Of a DNA stretch of 64,000 nucleotides, positions 29,478-38,781 are shown one piece after another. Positions within the stretch are counted from its first letter, which is position 1. Each line of letters opens with the position of its first letter. Source of the stretch: Spirochaetia bacterium (GTDB lineage: Bacteria > Spirochaetota > Spirochaetia > DSM-27196 > Salinispiraceae). The position numbers and the translations under genes were made by a program. Below the pieces are notes generated by a model. That model did no database searches and had not been told where the DNA came from. It saw only the letters and a program-made list of their open reading frames with translations. The stretch spans positions 220,222-284,221 of the forward strand of contig JBBRCZ010000002.1 in the NCBI GenBank assembly GCA_038204425.1. Reading direction: 5' to 3'.

Positions 29478-29828
29478 ATGAGACACCCCTACCAATTGTT
29501 TAAGGCCTTTGCTGACGAAACGCGTTTGAGAATTTTGAGCCTACTGTCCCACAGTGAGATGTGTGTATCTGATATCGATATGATTCTCAAAGTTGGCCAG
29601 TCTAAAGTCTCTCGCCATCTAGATTATCTCAAAAAGACTGAATTGGTGACCAATAGAAGGTCTGGCGCGATGGTATTTTATCGCTTGGACTTAGAAGAGC
29701 AGACCATACAACACCAAATTTTACAGCTCTGGATAGTGTGGGGCAAACAGACCCAAACGGGAATTCAGGACTGGGATTTGCATCAGTCCATGCACACGCG
29801 TAGTTTTAAAGAATACGACAGTGTTTAA
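29478..29828 (+). CDS. ArsR/SmtB family transcriptional repressor
   Basis: FKAFADETRLRIL, EMCV and QSKVSRHL motifs. Confidence 0.9.
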   Translation: MRHPYQLFKAFADETRLRILSLLSHSEMCVSDIDMILKVGQSKVSRHLDYLKKTELVTNRRSGAMVFYRLDLEEQTIQHQILQLWIVWGKQTQTGIQDWDLHQSMHTRSFKEYDSV

Positions 29829-31923
29829 GCCAAAACTAATAGAGACATTACGGGCTGGGTATACACATCAGCTCTTTTTTAAAGATCTTTCGGCTGGTCT
29901 TATCGTTGGAGTTGTCGCCATTCCCTTGGCGCTCGCTTTTGCTATTGCCTCAGGACTTAGCCCCACGGTTGGTCTTTTGACCGCCGTCATTGGTGGCTTT
30001 TTGATTTCGGCCTTGGGTGGATCGTATGTGCAAATCGGCGGGCCGACTGGTGCCTTTATTGTCATAATTTACGGCATCATGACCAAGTACGGAAGCCAAG
30101 GTTTGATTATTGCCACCATTATGGCAGGCGTTATGCTGCTTGTAATTGGCTTTGCTAAGTTGGGTTCAATAATCAAGTTTATCCCATTTCCGGTGATTAT
30201 TGGGTTTACCTCTGGTATTGCTGTTATTATTTTGAGCTCACAGATCAATGATTTTTTTGGTCTTGGACTTAGCAAGTTACCCAGTGAGTTTTTTGCAAAG
30301 TGGGCAGTCTTGCTACCTTCCATGGTGCACCTGAATTGGCCCACAAGCATTCTCTCACTCGCAACGGTGGTCGTAATCGTCGTCTTAGGAAAAATCAGCA
30401 AAAAAATCCCTGCAGCACTAGTGGCGTTAGTCCTTGGTACCATCGTGGTGGTGATTTTTGGCCTGCCAGTCGACACTATCGGCTCTCGTTTTGGCGCCAT
30501 TGCGGGCAAGATACCGATGCCCAGCTTACCAGCATTTGATAGTAATCTTTTGGCAATCTTGTTTATGCCTGCACTCAGCATTGCAATGCTTGGCGCGATT
30601 GAGTCTTTGTTGTCAGCGGTGGTTGCCGACGGCATGACCGGCAAGAAACACGATTCTAATACCGAACTTATCGGTCAAGGTTTTGCCAACCTAGTCAGCG
30701 GCTTGTTTGGTGGACTACCAGTGACTGGTGCGATAGCAAGGACCGCCACCAACGTCAAGTCAGGCGGACAAACGCCGGTAGCGGGCATCATACATGCGGT
30801 GTTTTTGTTGGGTGTTTTGCTATTTCTCAGCCCACTGACTGCCTATATTCCGCTAGCAAGTTTGGCAGGCATTTTGGCTACGGTTGCTTACAATATGAGT
30901 GAGCAACACGTCTTTAGGTTGCTGCTCAAAGGTCCGCGTGGTGACATTGTGGCGCTCCTAGTTACCTTTTTGTTGACGGTCATGCTCGACCTCACTATTG
31001 CCATTCCTGCCGGCATCTTCCTTAGTCTGATAGTCTTTGTAGCCAAGATGAGTTCTGGCGCCAAAGTTACCTTGCACACCGGACGCTTTAGTGACCTAAG
31101 TCCAGAAGTGGATCCGTTTGGCCTGGCTGCACTGATTATTCCTGATGGGGTTGAGGTTTTGACCATTGATGGACCGCTATTTTTTGGGGCCGCAGAAGCA
31201 ATTAAAGAAGAGCTTAGCCGAGGCCATCACCGATCTAAAGTTTTGATTATTGGCTTTAGAGCAGTGCCCTCAATTGATGCCAGTGGCGCCATGGTAATGA
31301 GGACCTTGTTAGCCAAAGCACAGTCAGACAAGAGGCCGATTATCATTTCTGGTCTACAGAAGAATGTTAAAGATGTCTTTGACAAAATTGGCCTCAGTCG
31401 AGAACTTGGTGCCGGAATGATGCAAGCTAACATGGTGCTTGCTATCGCCAAGTCAAACGAATTGCTAGGAATCGGCAACTTTTCGCTAGTAGAAAAACTC
31501 AAGCGAGGCAGTTTTTTGACAGACCTGAGTTTTGAATCGGTACCGCAAGTGATAAAGGCTCTGGTGGATGCTCTGCCGCTGAGTACCGAGCAAAAAGAAG
31601 TCCTAGTTCAAAGCGTTATAGAACGAGAAAACATGGCTTCTACTGCCCTGGTGCCGATGATCGCCTACCCGCACCCCCACCAGCAAAGACTTAACTCTGG
31701 CGTTGACGACTTTGTTGCTCTGGCCATACTAAAAGAAAGCACATCCAATTGGGACAAGCTCGACCACAAGGTCAAGTTGGTGGTTTTGATGGTGAGCAAG
31801 AGTTCTCAGGATCACCTCTTGACCTTTTCTGGCCTTGCGAGCTTACTCAATCGAGCTGAGTTTGTTGATAAATTGCTGCTGCAAACCAGCAAAGAACAAG
31901 TTATCATGCTGTTTGAGCGATAG
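29821..31923 (+). CDS. SulP/SLC26 anion permease with STAS domain and C-terminal PTS EIIA (type 2) domain
   Basis: DLSAGLIVGVVAIPLALAFAIASG, QIGGPTGAF, GAIARTATN; STAS IDGPLFFG and IDASG; EIIA ERE..ST..IAYPH. Confidence 0.88.
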   Translation: MFKPKLIETLRAGYTHQLFFKDLSAGLIVGVVAIPLALAFAIASGLSPTVGLLTAVIGGFLISALGGSYVQIGGPTGAFIVIIYGIMTKYGSQGLIIATIMAGVMLLVIGFAKLGSIIKFIPFPVIIGFTSGIAVIILSSQINDFFGLGLSKLPSEFFAKWAVLLPSMVHLNWPTSILSLATVVVIVVLGKISKKIPAALVALVLGTIVVVIFGLPVDTIGSRFGAIAGKIPMPSLPAFDSNLLAILFMPALSIAMLGAIESLLSAVVADGMTGKKHDSNTELIGQGFANLVSGLFGGLPVTGAIARTATNVKSGGQTPVAGIIHAVFLLGVLLFLSPLTAYIPLASLAGILATVAYNMSEQHVFRLLLKGPRGDIVALLVTFLLTVMLDLTIAIPAGIFLSLIVFVAKMSSGAKVTLHTGRFSDLSPEVDPFGLAALIIPDGVEVLTIDGPLFFGAAEAIKEELSRGHHRSKVLIIGFRAVPSIDASGAMVMRTLLAKAQSDKRPIIISGLQKNVKDVFDKIGLSRELGAGMMQANMVLAIAKSNELLGIGNFSLVEKLKRGSFLTDLSFESVPQVIKALVDALPLSTEQKEVLVQSVIERENMASTALVPMIAYPHPHQQRLNSGVDDFVALAILKESTSNWDKLDHKVKLVVLMVSKSSQDHLLTFSGLASLLNRAEFVDKLLLQTSKEQVIMLFER

Positions 31924-31941
31924 TTTTGGGAGAATAATTCT

Positions 31942-32793
31942 TTGATTATTAAGGACATAGTCTTTGTATACCACCTCAAAGAAAGCAACTTGGTAGGTTG
32001 GCATTCTCGCATCCATAGTCACCCGCGAGATCACTATGAGTTGCACTATTTTTTGTCGGGCGACGGTAGTTTTCAAAATGGCAGCGTTATTTATCCTATC
32101 CAAAAAGGCCAGCTTTTTTTGAGTAGTCCCGACCAAGTTCATGGAATCAGACCCGGCCACATGGACGACCCCTTAACGTATTACGCGGTGCTTTTTGAAA
32201 TTGAGGCTAATGACGCACCCCAAATTGACCTGAGCGACCCAAGCGTTTTGCAGGGTTTTCCGGTTATGGTTGGTGCCAACTGGCGCTTGCGTTTTGAGGA
32301 CATGAAAAACCGCTACAACTCGCGCAATCCCTATTTTAAGCAGGGCGCGCACTTTGACCTTTTGGCATTTTTGTTTGATCTTTTTGGACGAATAGCGGAT
32401 CATGACCGCGACGTTGGTGCATCCCGCGAGGGTTTAACTTCCGTTCAAGTCGCCCAAGCCATGGACCTCTTTGCTCGGCATGTTTTTGCCAGCGTTCGCT
32501 TGAGCGAAATAGCTCAAACCTTAAAAATAACCGAAGAATATTTGATCAAACTATTTAAGCGACATATCGGCACCACACCAATGCGCTACTACCAAACGCT
32601 CAAGCTCGAAGCCTCAGTATCCTTGTTACTCAACACCACACTGGCAATCAAAGAGATTTCTTGGCAGTTGTGCTTCTCAAGCCAATATCATTTTAGTCGC
32701 AACTTTAAAGCCTATGCTGGCCTAAGTCCAAGCGAATATCGACTCAACTATTTTAAGGACAACCCCACCAACTATCAGACGCGCATCGTATAG
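31942..32793 (+). CDS. AraC family transcriptional regulator
   Basis: N-terminal cupin (HSH..YELHY, VHG) and C-terminal double HTH (FKRHIGTTP, FSRNFK..GLSPSEYR). Confidence 0.92.
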   Translation: MIIKDIVFVYHLKESNLVGWHSRIHSHPRDHYELHYFLSGDGSFQNGSVIYPIQKGQLFLSSPDQVHGIRPGHMDDPLTYYAVLFEIEANDAPQIDLSDPSVLQGFPVMVGANWRLRFEDMKNRYNSRNPYFKQGAHFDLLAFLFDLFGRIADHDRDVGASREGLTSVQVAQAMDLFARHVFASVRLSEIAQTLKITEEYLIKLFKRHIGTTPMRYYQTLKLEASVSLLLNTTLAIKEISWQLCFSSQYHFSRNFKAYAGLSPSEYRLNYFKDNPTNYQTRIV

Positions 32794-33822
32794 CTATACC
32801 GTTGTAGTCAGTTTTTTGACAAATTCGATGCGCTTACGTTCGTGATGAATGCCGCCGCCCTCGTGGCCATTGTAGCGATAGACTTCAATATTCTTCTGCT
32901 TGCCGGCATAGTGATTGTAGGCGGCATAAACGGTGGAAGGTGGACAGACCTGATCCATCAGTGCCACTGAGAACAGGGCTGGGCAGCGCGAGCGCTTGGC
33001 AAAAACCACGCCATCAAAGTAGGACAGAGTGCCAAACACACTGTCTTCCAGACCAGTATGGCTGCGCAAAAAACCGTTTATCTCAGCGTAGGGTAGACTG
33101 TTGGTTATCTCGCTTGCGCGCCTGAAGTGACACAAAAAAGGCACACTGGGCATGATGCCAAGAGGAAGCCTGTCGTCGACTTCGGCTTTGACATCGGCGG
33201 ATAGGCTATGCAAGATGCCGCTAGTTGCCAATGCAATGCCAGCACCTTGACTGTCGCCAGAAAGCATAATTTTTGCGGGGTCAATCTCTGTTCGAGCTGC
33301 TATGGTTTGGAATGCACGCACGGCGTCAGTAAAAACACGACGATAATAGTAGTTCCATGGGGACAGGATGCCACGCGTTAAAAACCCGGGAAACTGCGGG
33401 TGCAAGGGCTGTGGATCCTGGTCTGGTGTACTGCCACTAGACCAGTTGGCGCCTTGGCCACGGGTGTCCATTACAAGGACCGCACACCCAGCAGCTGGCC
33501 ACATGGTCCAGTCTTCCAACTCGCTGCGGCCACCGCCGTAGCCTACAAACACCATTATGCAAGGGATTTTTTCTTTGCCGCGCAGTTTTTTGACTGGCAA
33601 GATATACCAAGCTTTGATACGTTGCCCTTCAAAGCCAGCAAATTCTAGGTCATAGGCTTCTATGTTGGGCAAGTGGCTGCCGACGGGAGTAAAAACTGGC
33701 CTTTTGGAACGAGCCTGGGATGTACGAATAGTATCAATCCAAAACTCGTCAAAATCACCAGCTTCTAATACGCGCGGCAAATAAGTGCGAAGTTGTTCAT
33801 CGGGTAGATCAAAAAATGCCAT
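32794..33822 (-). CDS. Acetylxylan esterase/cephalosporin-C deacetylase (CE7)
   Basis: MAFFDLP, DFDEFW, GYGGGR, DTRGQG, YYYRRVFTDAVRA, GDSQG, DQVCPPST and HEGG. Confidence 0.93.
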   Translation of the reverse strand: MAFFDLPDEQLRTYLPRVLEAGDFDEFWIDTIRTSQARSKRPVFTPVGSHLPNIEAYDLEFAGFEGQRIKAWYILPVKKLRGKEKIPCIMVFVGYGGGRSELEDWTMWPAAGCAVLVMDTRGQGANWSSGSTPDQDPQPLHPQFPGFLTRGILSPWNYYYRRVFTDAVRAFQTIAARTEIDPAKIMLSGDSQGAGIALATSGILHSLSADVKAEVDDRLPLGIMPSVPFLCHFRRASEITNSLPYAEINGFLRSHTGLEDSVFGTLSYFDGVVFAKRSRCPALFSVALMDQVCPPSTVYAAYNHYAGKQKNIEVYRYNGHEGGGIHHERKRIEFVKKLTTTV

Positions 33823-33935
33823 GCTCAAGTCTCCTTGCAAGGTATATGCCACCTAATTGAGTGTAGCGCCAAAGTTTGTCTTGAACAAGCAGAGACTTGT
33901 CAGTTATACCTCATGAATGCCTATAGGAGCCTCGT

Positions 33936-35156
33936 GTGACAAAGATTCTGCCTAATTTAGCTTATATTCTTGACAATAGCGTCCAAGACTACGACTGGGG
34001 CGATCCAGATTACATCAAAGACTTTCTTGGCAATCCAAACAAAATAGCTGCAATTCAGGCCGAAGTCTGGATGGGTGCTCATCCCAAAGCTCCATCTAAA
34101 CTTTTTATAGGTAAACAAGTACACAGCTTAAATGCACTTATAGCCGAGGATGCAACAACTTGGCTGGGCAAAAAAGCCTTGGATCTTGGCTGGCAGGAGC
34201 TGCCGTTTTTGTTTAAGCTGCTTGCCGCCCGAAAACCCTTGTCGATCCAGGCCCATCCAAGCTTGCAACGGGCGCGACAAGGTTTTGCCGAAGAAAACGC
34301 AGCTGGAATACCGTTGTCTGCAGGCCATCGCAACTTTAAAGATGCCAACCATAAGCCTGAGATTATCATCGCCTTGAGCGATTTTTGCGGATTGTGTGGT
34401 TTTAGAGCATTTGAAGAAATTGCTAAAGATCTTAGCTGGTGTGCCCAAGACGCCTTAGAACAGGAGCAAAAAGTAGCAGCCGAGCTTTTGACCAAACTTG
34501 CTAATACGGCCAACTTGGGCGACTTGGCGCAGCTAACGCAAGAAATTTTGCAAGTCGACTCTGGTTTACAAGAACTGATTGGGTCTCTTTGCCGCAGTGC
34601 TGAAAGTCGAAATGAAGAACGATTTAAACTTATGCTTTTGGCGGCAGAATACTTTCCAGCTGATCGCGGCCTGTTATTCTTTTTGGTGCTAGAAATTTTA
34701 CAACTCAAAGCGGGACAATCGTTTTTTGCTCCAGCTGGCGTATTGCATGCCTATATCAAGGGTTTTGGCATGGAGCTGATGGCCAACTCTGACAACGTGC
34801 TACGCGGCGGATTAACACCCAAGCACATTGACGTAAAAGAGTTAATGACCTGCCTCGACGTTGGTGCAAAGGCTGGATTATTAGAACCGGTTATAAAAGG
34901 TGATGCAAAAGTGTACGCTGCGCCAGTGAAGGAATTTTGCTTTGCTAGCTACCAAGCAGAAGCAAGTTTTTTGACCTCGCACATGGGAGAGATAGTCCTC
35001 TGTAGCGCCGGGCAAGGCGACCTGTATTTGAGTGGCCATGGTCAAGAACAAAGTATGCACTTTAGCCAAGGACAGGCAGTTTACGTTTTGCCTCATTGTA
35101 GTTCAGTAAGTTTGAGCAAGGGATTAAGCATCGCGCGCGCCTTTATACCCGGTTAG
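33936..35156 (+). CDS. manA: Mannose-6-phosphate isomerase, class I
   Basis: YDWG, AEVWMGAHP, PLSIQAHP, HKPE, LHAY and ELMANSDNVLRGGLTPK. Confidence 0.94.
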   Translation: MTKILPNLAYILDNSVQDYDWGDPDYIKDFLGNPNKIAAIQAEVWMGAHPKAPSKLFIGKQVHSLNALIAEDATTWLGKKALDLGWQELPFLFKLLAARKPLSIQAHPSLQRARQGFAEENAAGIPLSAGHRNFKDANHKPEIIIALSDFCGLCGFRAFEEIAKDLSWCAQDALEQEQKVAAELLTKLANTANLGDLAQLTQEILQVDSGLQELIGSLCRSAESRNEERFKLMLLAAEYFPADRGLLFFLVLEILQLKAGQSFFAPAGVLHAYIKGFGMELMANSDNVLRGGLTPKHIDVKELMTCLDVGAKAGLLEPVIKGDAKVYAAPVKEFCFASYQAEASFLTSHMGEIVLCSAGQGDLYLSGHGQEQSMHFSQGQAVYVLPHCSSVSLSKGLSIARAFIPG

Positions 35157-35426
35157 TACCGTTACTAAGTAGTTAATAAAAGCAAATATTTAAATAAATA
35201 TCTCCAAAAAAATACATAGAATTTGACAATTACTATTCTACTCAAAATCAATGAAATATAGACAAAAATCATTTGACGGATCCTAAATTCTGCTCATATA
35301 ATGATTTTTATCCAATTAAAAATAGTTTTGTACCACTATGAGTCTGTTGTTCTTCGTTGAAGTAAGCCAGATTCCTGCAGTAAGCAAGCGACGTTTCCTG
35401 CAGCAAAAACGTTTTGGGAGTAGGAA

Positions 35427-38400
35427 ATGAAGAAGCAAAGTAGTTTCGGCTTAACCCTTGTTGGCTTGGCCGCGCTTTTTTCTGTATTGACAGCGTGTGA
35501 CATTAGCCAAACGCCATTTGACGCAAACGCATCAAGTGGCAGCACTGACAGCCGAGCAGCGGTTACGCTCGTGCACGTTGCGCCTTCGGGAAGTGATGTA
35601 ACAGGAACTGGTTTTGCAAGCCAGCCCTACAAAACCTTGGCCTACGCTGCCAGCAAGGCAACATGGGGAAACACCATAAAGCTGAGCGCCGGTACGTTTA
35701 TAGAAACTGAACCAGCACTTGTTGCTCTAGGGGTAAGTATTGAAGGTGCGGGCGAGGCCTTGACTATCCTTAAGTCAGGTGGTGTGACCTTGCCTCCAGG
35801 CATTAGCGCCTCGCACAAGGATTATAAGCTTTGGCATCACGGTTCGTTGATACAACTTATTTCTGACGGTTACAATGGCAACGACGGTGGCGTTTACTAT
35901 GGTCGCCCCGAGAACATGATTCCATCAGTTGATGGAAATCAAAGCCTGTCCGGCTTTACCATTGATGGTCAAAACAAGACATTAAAGGCCGGTGTTTGGG
36001 TACTCAACCGAAACAACGTTACTATGCATCATGTAACCTTTAAAAACTTAGCCCAACGCGGCGCCGTTTTTGGCCGTTCTGACATGTGGTGGTACGAAGA
36101 GCTCAATCACTGGATGTTCAATACCACTATCTACAACGCCACCTTTATCAACTCTGGTCGCGACATAGACGGCGAAACTTTGGGCAACCTTTGTCTTGCA
36201 GGTTTGGATGGCGCTAACATTTACAATATTGACATTTCTGATGACCAAGGCTACGGCATTAAGTTTATCTATGTAGGTCATTATAAAAATGTAAAGATTC
36301 ACAACAGCAAGATTCGCTTGAGTGAGGCTGATGCTCTTTGGAGCGAAGACATCGCTATTGAACTTTGGAACCTTTCCAAAGGCAACGAAATTTACAACAT
36401 TGATGCTAATACGTGGTTTTCAATTGTAAACCACCGCAACTTGTATGATGACGTGACAACACCCAAAGATAACCTTTGGATCCACCACATCAAGATGATT
36501 GACCTGGACGGCATTTCTATTAAGGAAGCGGTTGAAGTTGCGGCGCCTGGCATGACTGTCTCGGACTCCTATTTTAAGGACAAGGGATTTGGTATGGCAG
36601 TTTGGATGGAAGGCAAGAACCAAATTGCGATCCACAGTAATATTTTTTATAACGAAAACGACCACAGCAATAACTGGGCAGCTGGATCGGCTGTCTTTGT
36701 TCCTGATACTACCCACAATTTGTTCATTTACAACAACGTGTTTGACAACTTTGGCACTGTATTTCACATGCGAGGAACGCACTCCAATGTGCAAATTAGG
36801 AACAACTTGATTCTTAACACCTCGGTTATGGAAGTTTACAGTCCTTCAGGCGGATTTACTTTTAAAAACAATATGAAGTACACGGCCGATGGTGTTAACT
36901 GGAAGTTAGAAGGTGGCACTGCGGATTCCAGCAATATTCTTACTAACCCGCAGATAATGCGCACCGGAGCACGAGATATTGAATACTACCGCCCAATTAA
37001 TGCTATCAGTAACATTGTAAATGCGGGCAGCGCAGCCAGTCTGCCCTATACTGGCTTTGTATTTGGCGGCGCGCCGGACATTGGTCGTTGGGAATATGGT
37101 TATAGCTATCCTACCAGCACCAGTGTAACTTCTACCACCTACAATGGAACGAGCACTTCTTCTACTAGTACAACAAGCATTCGTAAGATTCGTTTGCAGG
37201 CCGAAAACTATCACCTCGGTGCAGGTATTAAAAAGGCCTCAAACCTGATCTACGAAGTTGATGGTGGTGACTGGATCGCCTTTAACAACATCGATTTTGG
37301 TAACGGTTTTAAAGACGTCAAAATCAGCTACGGCACCGGTTCGGGCAACAACAAGGTAGAATTTAGACTTGGCTCAGTGACCGGTACCTTGATTGGCTCA
37401 CACACAACCACAAGTACTGGTGGCTGGGAAGTATTTGCTGAGCGCAATCTTGCCCTCAGTCAAGCTGCCGGAGTGCAATCAATCTACCTTGTTTTTGTCG
37501 GTGGCAATGGTGTAGGGAACTTTGATTGGTTTGAGTTCTCAGGTGACTTTACAGGAACCCCACCAAGCAGCACTACGAGCTCAACGGTAGTCACATCAAG
37601 CACCACAAGCACGGTACAAACGCCACCTAGCACGACGTCCACCAGCTTGACTCCACAGCCTACTACAACTAGTTCGTCTAGCAGTTCGACTTCAAGCACG
37701 AGTTCAACAAGCACGACATCGACAACCATTCTGTCTACCACTTACAAACTGGTAAACGTTGGAAGTAACAAAGCTCAACGCGCAGAAGGTTGGCTCAATG
37801 GTAGTATTTCAAATAATGACTACGCAGGATTGAGTTCGGAAAAATGGATTTTGTCGGCGGTTGGTTCGTACTTTAAGATTACCAACTTGGGCAATGGCTA
37901 TGTACTCAATGGTAGCTCCTCATCAGTCAACAACGCTATCTACACTGCCAACGATAGTAATCTCTGGGTCATAAACGACATTGGAGGCGGTCAGGTTTCA
38001 ATTGTAAACAAGGGTTCGGGCAAGGCAGCCAAGTCACAAGACGTGTGGAATGGAAACCCGGTCGTGGTTGGTGACTATCTGTCTAGCAACAATCTGTTTA
38101 AGTGGAAGTTTGAAGTAGTTGGCGGACCAGTACCAAGCACCACAAGTACCCTGGCAAGCACGACTTCAAGCTCTACAAGTTCTACAAGTTCTACCAGTAC
38201 AACGAGCTTGCTCGTAAGTACAACCAGCACCACAACTTCTACCACTATAGCTGGCGCAATAAGTGGAACCTATCGGCTGATTAACGTTGCTGCCAACAAA
38301 GACCAAAGCGCCGAATCTTGGGTTGGTGGGGTGAGTTCCAACAGTACCTACAGTGGTCAGAATTCTGAAAAATGGCAGATAAGCCCCGTTGGTTCATACT

Positions 38401-38654
38401 ATAAGATAGTAAACCTAGCTAGTGGCCATGCCCTAGCTGCTGATGGAAGCTCATCGGTCAAAAATCAAGCTTACAATGGCGCTGATGTCCAGCTGTGGTC
38501 GATCGAATCGATCGGCTCTGGACAATATCGTATCGTGAGCAAAGCCAATGGCAATTCTTTTAGGCCACAGGATGTTTGGAACGGAAACCCTTTACAGTTA
38601 GCACCGTATAACGCGAGTGACGCGTTGACCAAGTGGACACTAACTAAGCTATAA
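35427..38654 (+). CDS. Large secreted lipoprotein, paralog of 19015-21699: beta-helix core, CBM6-like domain and two ricin-type domains joined by Ser/Thr linkers
   Basis: Lipobox-like VLTAC; core shares long near-identical peptides with the paralog; IRLQAENY..IDFG..TGGW..NFDWFEF (CBM6-like); duplicated ricin-like modules. Confidence 0.78.
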   Translation: MKKQSSFGLTLVGLAALFSVLTACDISQTPFDANASSGSTDSRAAVTLVHVAPSGSDVTGTGFASQPYKTLAYAASKATWGNTIKLSAGTFIETEPALVALGVSIEGAGEALTILKSGGVTLPPGISASHKDYKLWHHGSLIQLISDGYNGNDGGVYYGRPENMIPSVDGNQSLSGFTIDGQNKTLKAGVWVLNRNNVTMHHVTFKNLAQRGAVFGRSDMWWYEELNHWMFNTTIYNATFINSGRDIDGETLGNLCLAGLDGANIYNIDISDDQGYGIKFIYVGHYKNVKIHNSKIRLSEADALWSEDIAIELWNLSKGNEIYNIDANTWFSIVNHRNLYDDVTTPKDNLWIHHIKMIDLDGISIKEAVEVAAPGMTVSDSYFKDKGFGMAVWMEGKNQIAIHSNIFYNENDHSNNWAAGSAVFVPDTTHNLFIYNNVFDNFGTVFHMRGTHSNVQIRNNLILNTSVMEVYSPSGGFTFKNNMKYTADGVNWKLEGGTADSSNILTNPQIMRTGARDIEYYRPINAISNIVNAGSAASLPYTGFVFGGAPDIGRWEYGYSYPTSTSVTSTTYNGTSTSSTSTTSIRKIRLQAENYHLGAGIKKASNLIYEVDGGDWIAFNNIDFGNGFKDVKISYGTGSGNNKVEFRLGSVTGTLIGSHTTTSTGGWEVFAERNLALSQAAGVQSIYLVFVGGNGVGNFDWFEFSGDFTGTPPSSTTSSTVVTSSTTSTVQTPPSTTSTSLTPQPTTTSSSSSSTSSTSSTSTTSTTILSTTYKLVNVGSNKAQRAEGWLNGSISNNDYAGLSSEKWILSAVGSYFKITNLGNGYVLNGSSSSVNNAIYTANDSNLWVINDIGGGQVSIVNKGSGKAAKSQDVWNGNPVVVGDYLSSNNLFKWKFEVVGGPVPSTTSTLASTTSSSTSSTSSTSTTSLLVSTTSTTTSTTIAGAISGTYRLINVAANKDQSAESWVGGVSSNSTYSGQNSEKWQISPVGSYYKIVNLASGHALAADGSSSVKNQAYNGADVQLWSIESIGSGQYRIVSKANGNSFRPQDVWNGNPLQLAPYNASDALTKWTLTKL

Positions 38655-38708
38655 AATGAAGCTATAGGGAAAGTATAGCTAGCTTTTAGTGCAGTAAACG
38701 TTCCAATA

Positions 38709-38740
38709 GTGAGCTCCGGATTGCCGGGGCTCACTTTTTT
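38709..38740 (+). terminator. Intrinsic terminator
   Basis: GTGAGCTCCGG-ATTG-CCGGGGCTCAC followed by a T run. Confidence 0.8.
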
Positions 38741-38781
38741 CTTGCGATGTAATAGAAAGTAACTTTGTACCGCAGAAATAA

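Noticed and set aside
33870..33890. GTTTGTCTTGAACAAGC as a ROK-family XylR operator
   Set aside because: Weak, single imperfect palindrome; no matching site upstream of xylA and no ROK regulator in the window
21170..38250. Ser/Thr-coding low-complexity tracts (ACAAGT/ACCAGC-like) as a possible CRISPR array or VNTR
   Set aside because: Degenerate, in-frame protein linkers with no constant repeat-spacer period and no cas genes
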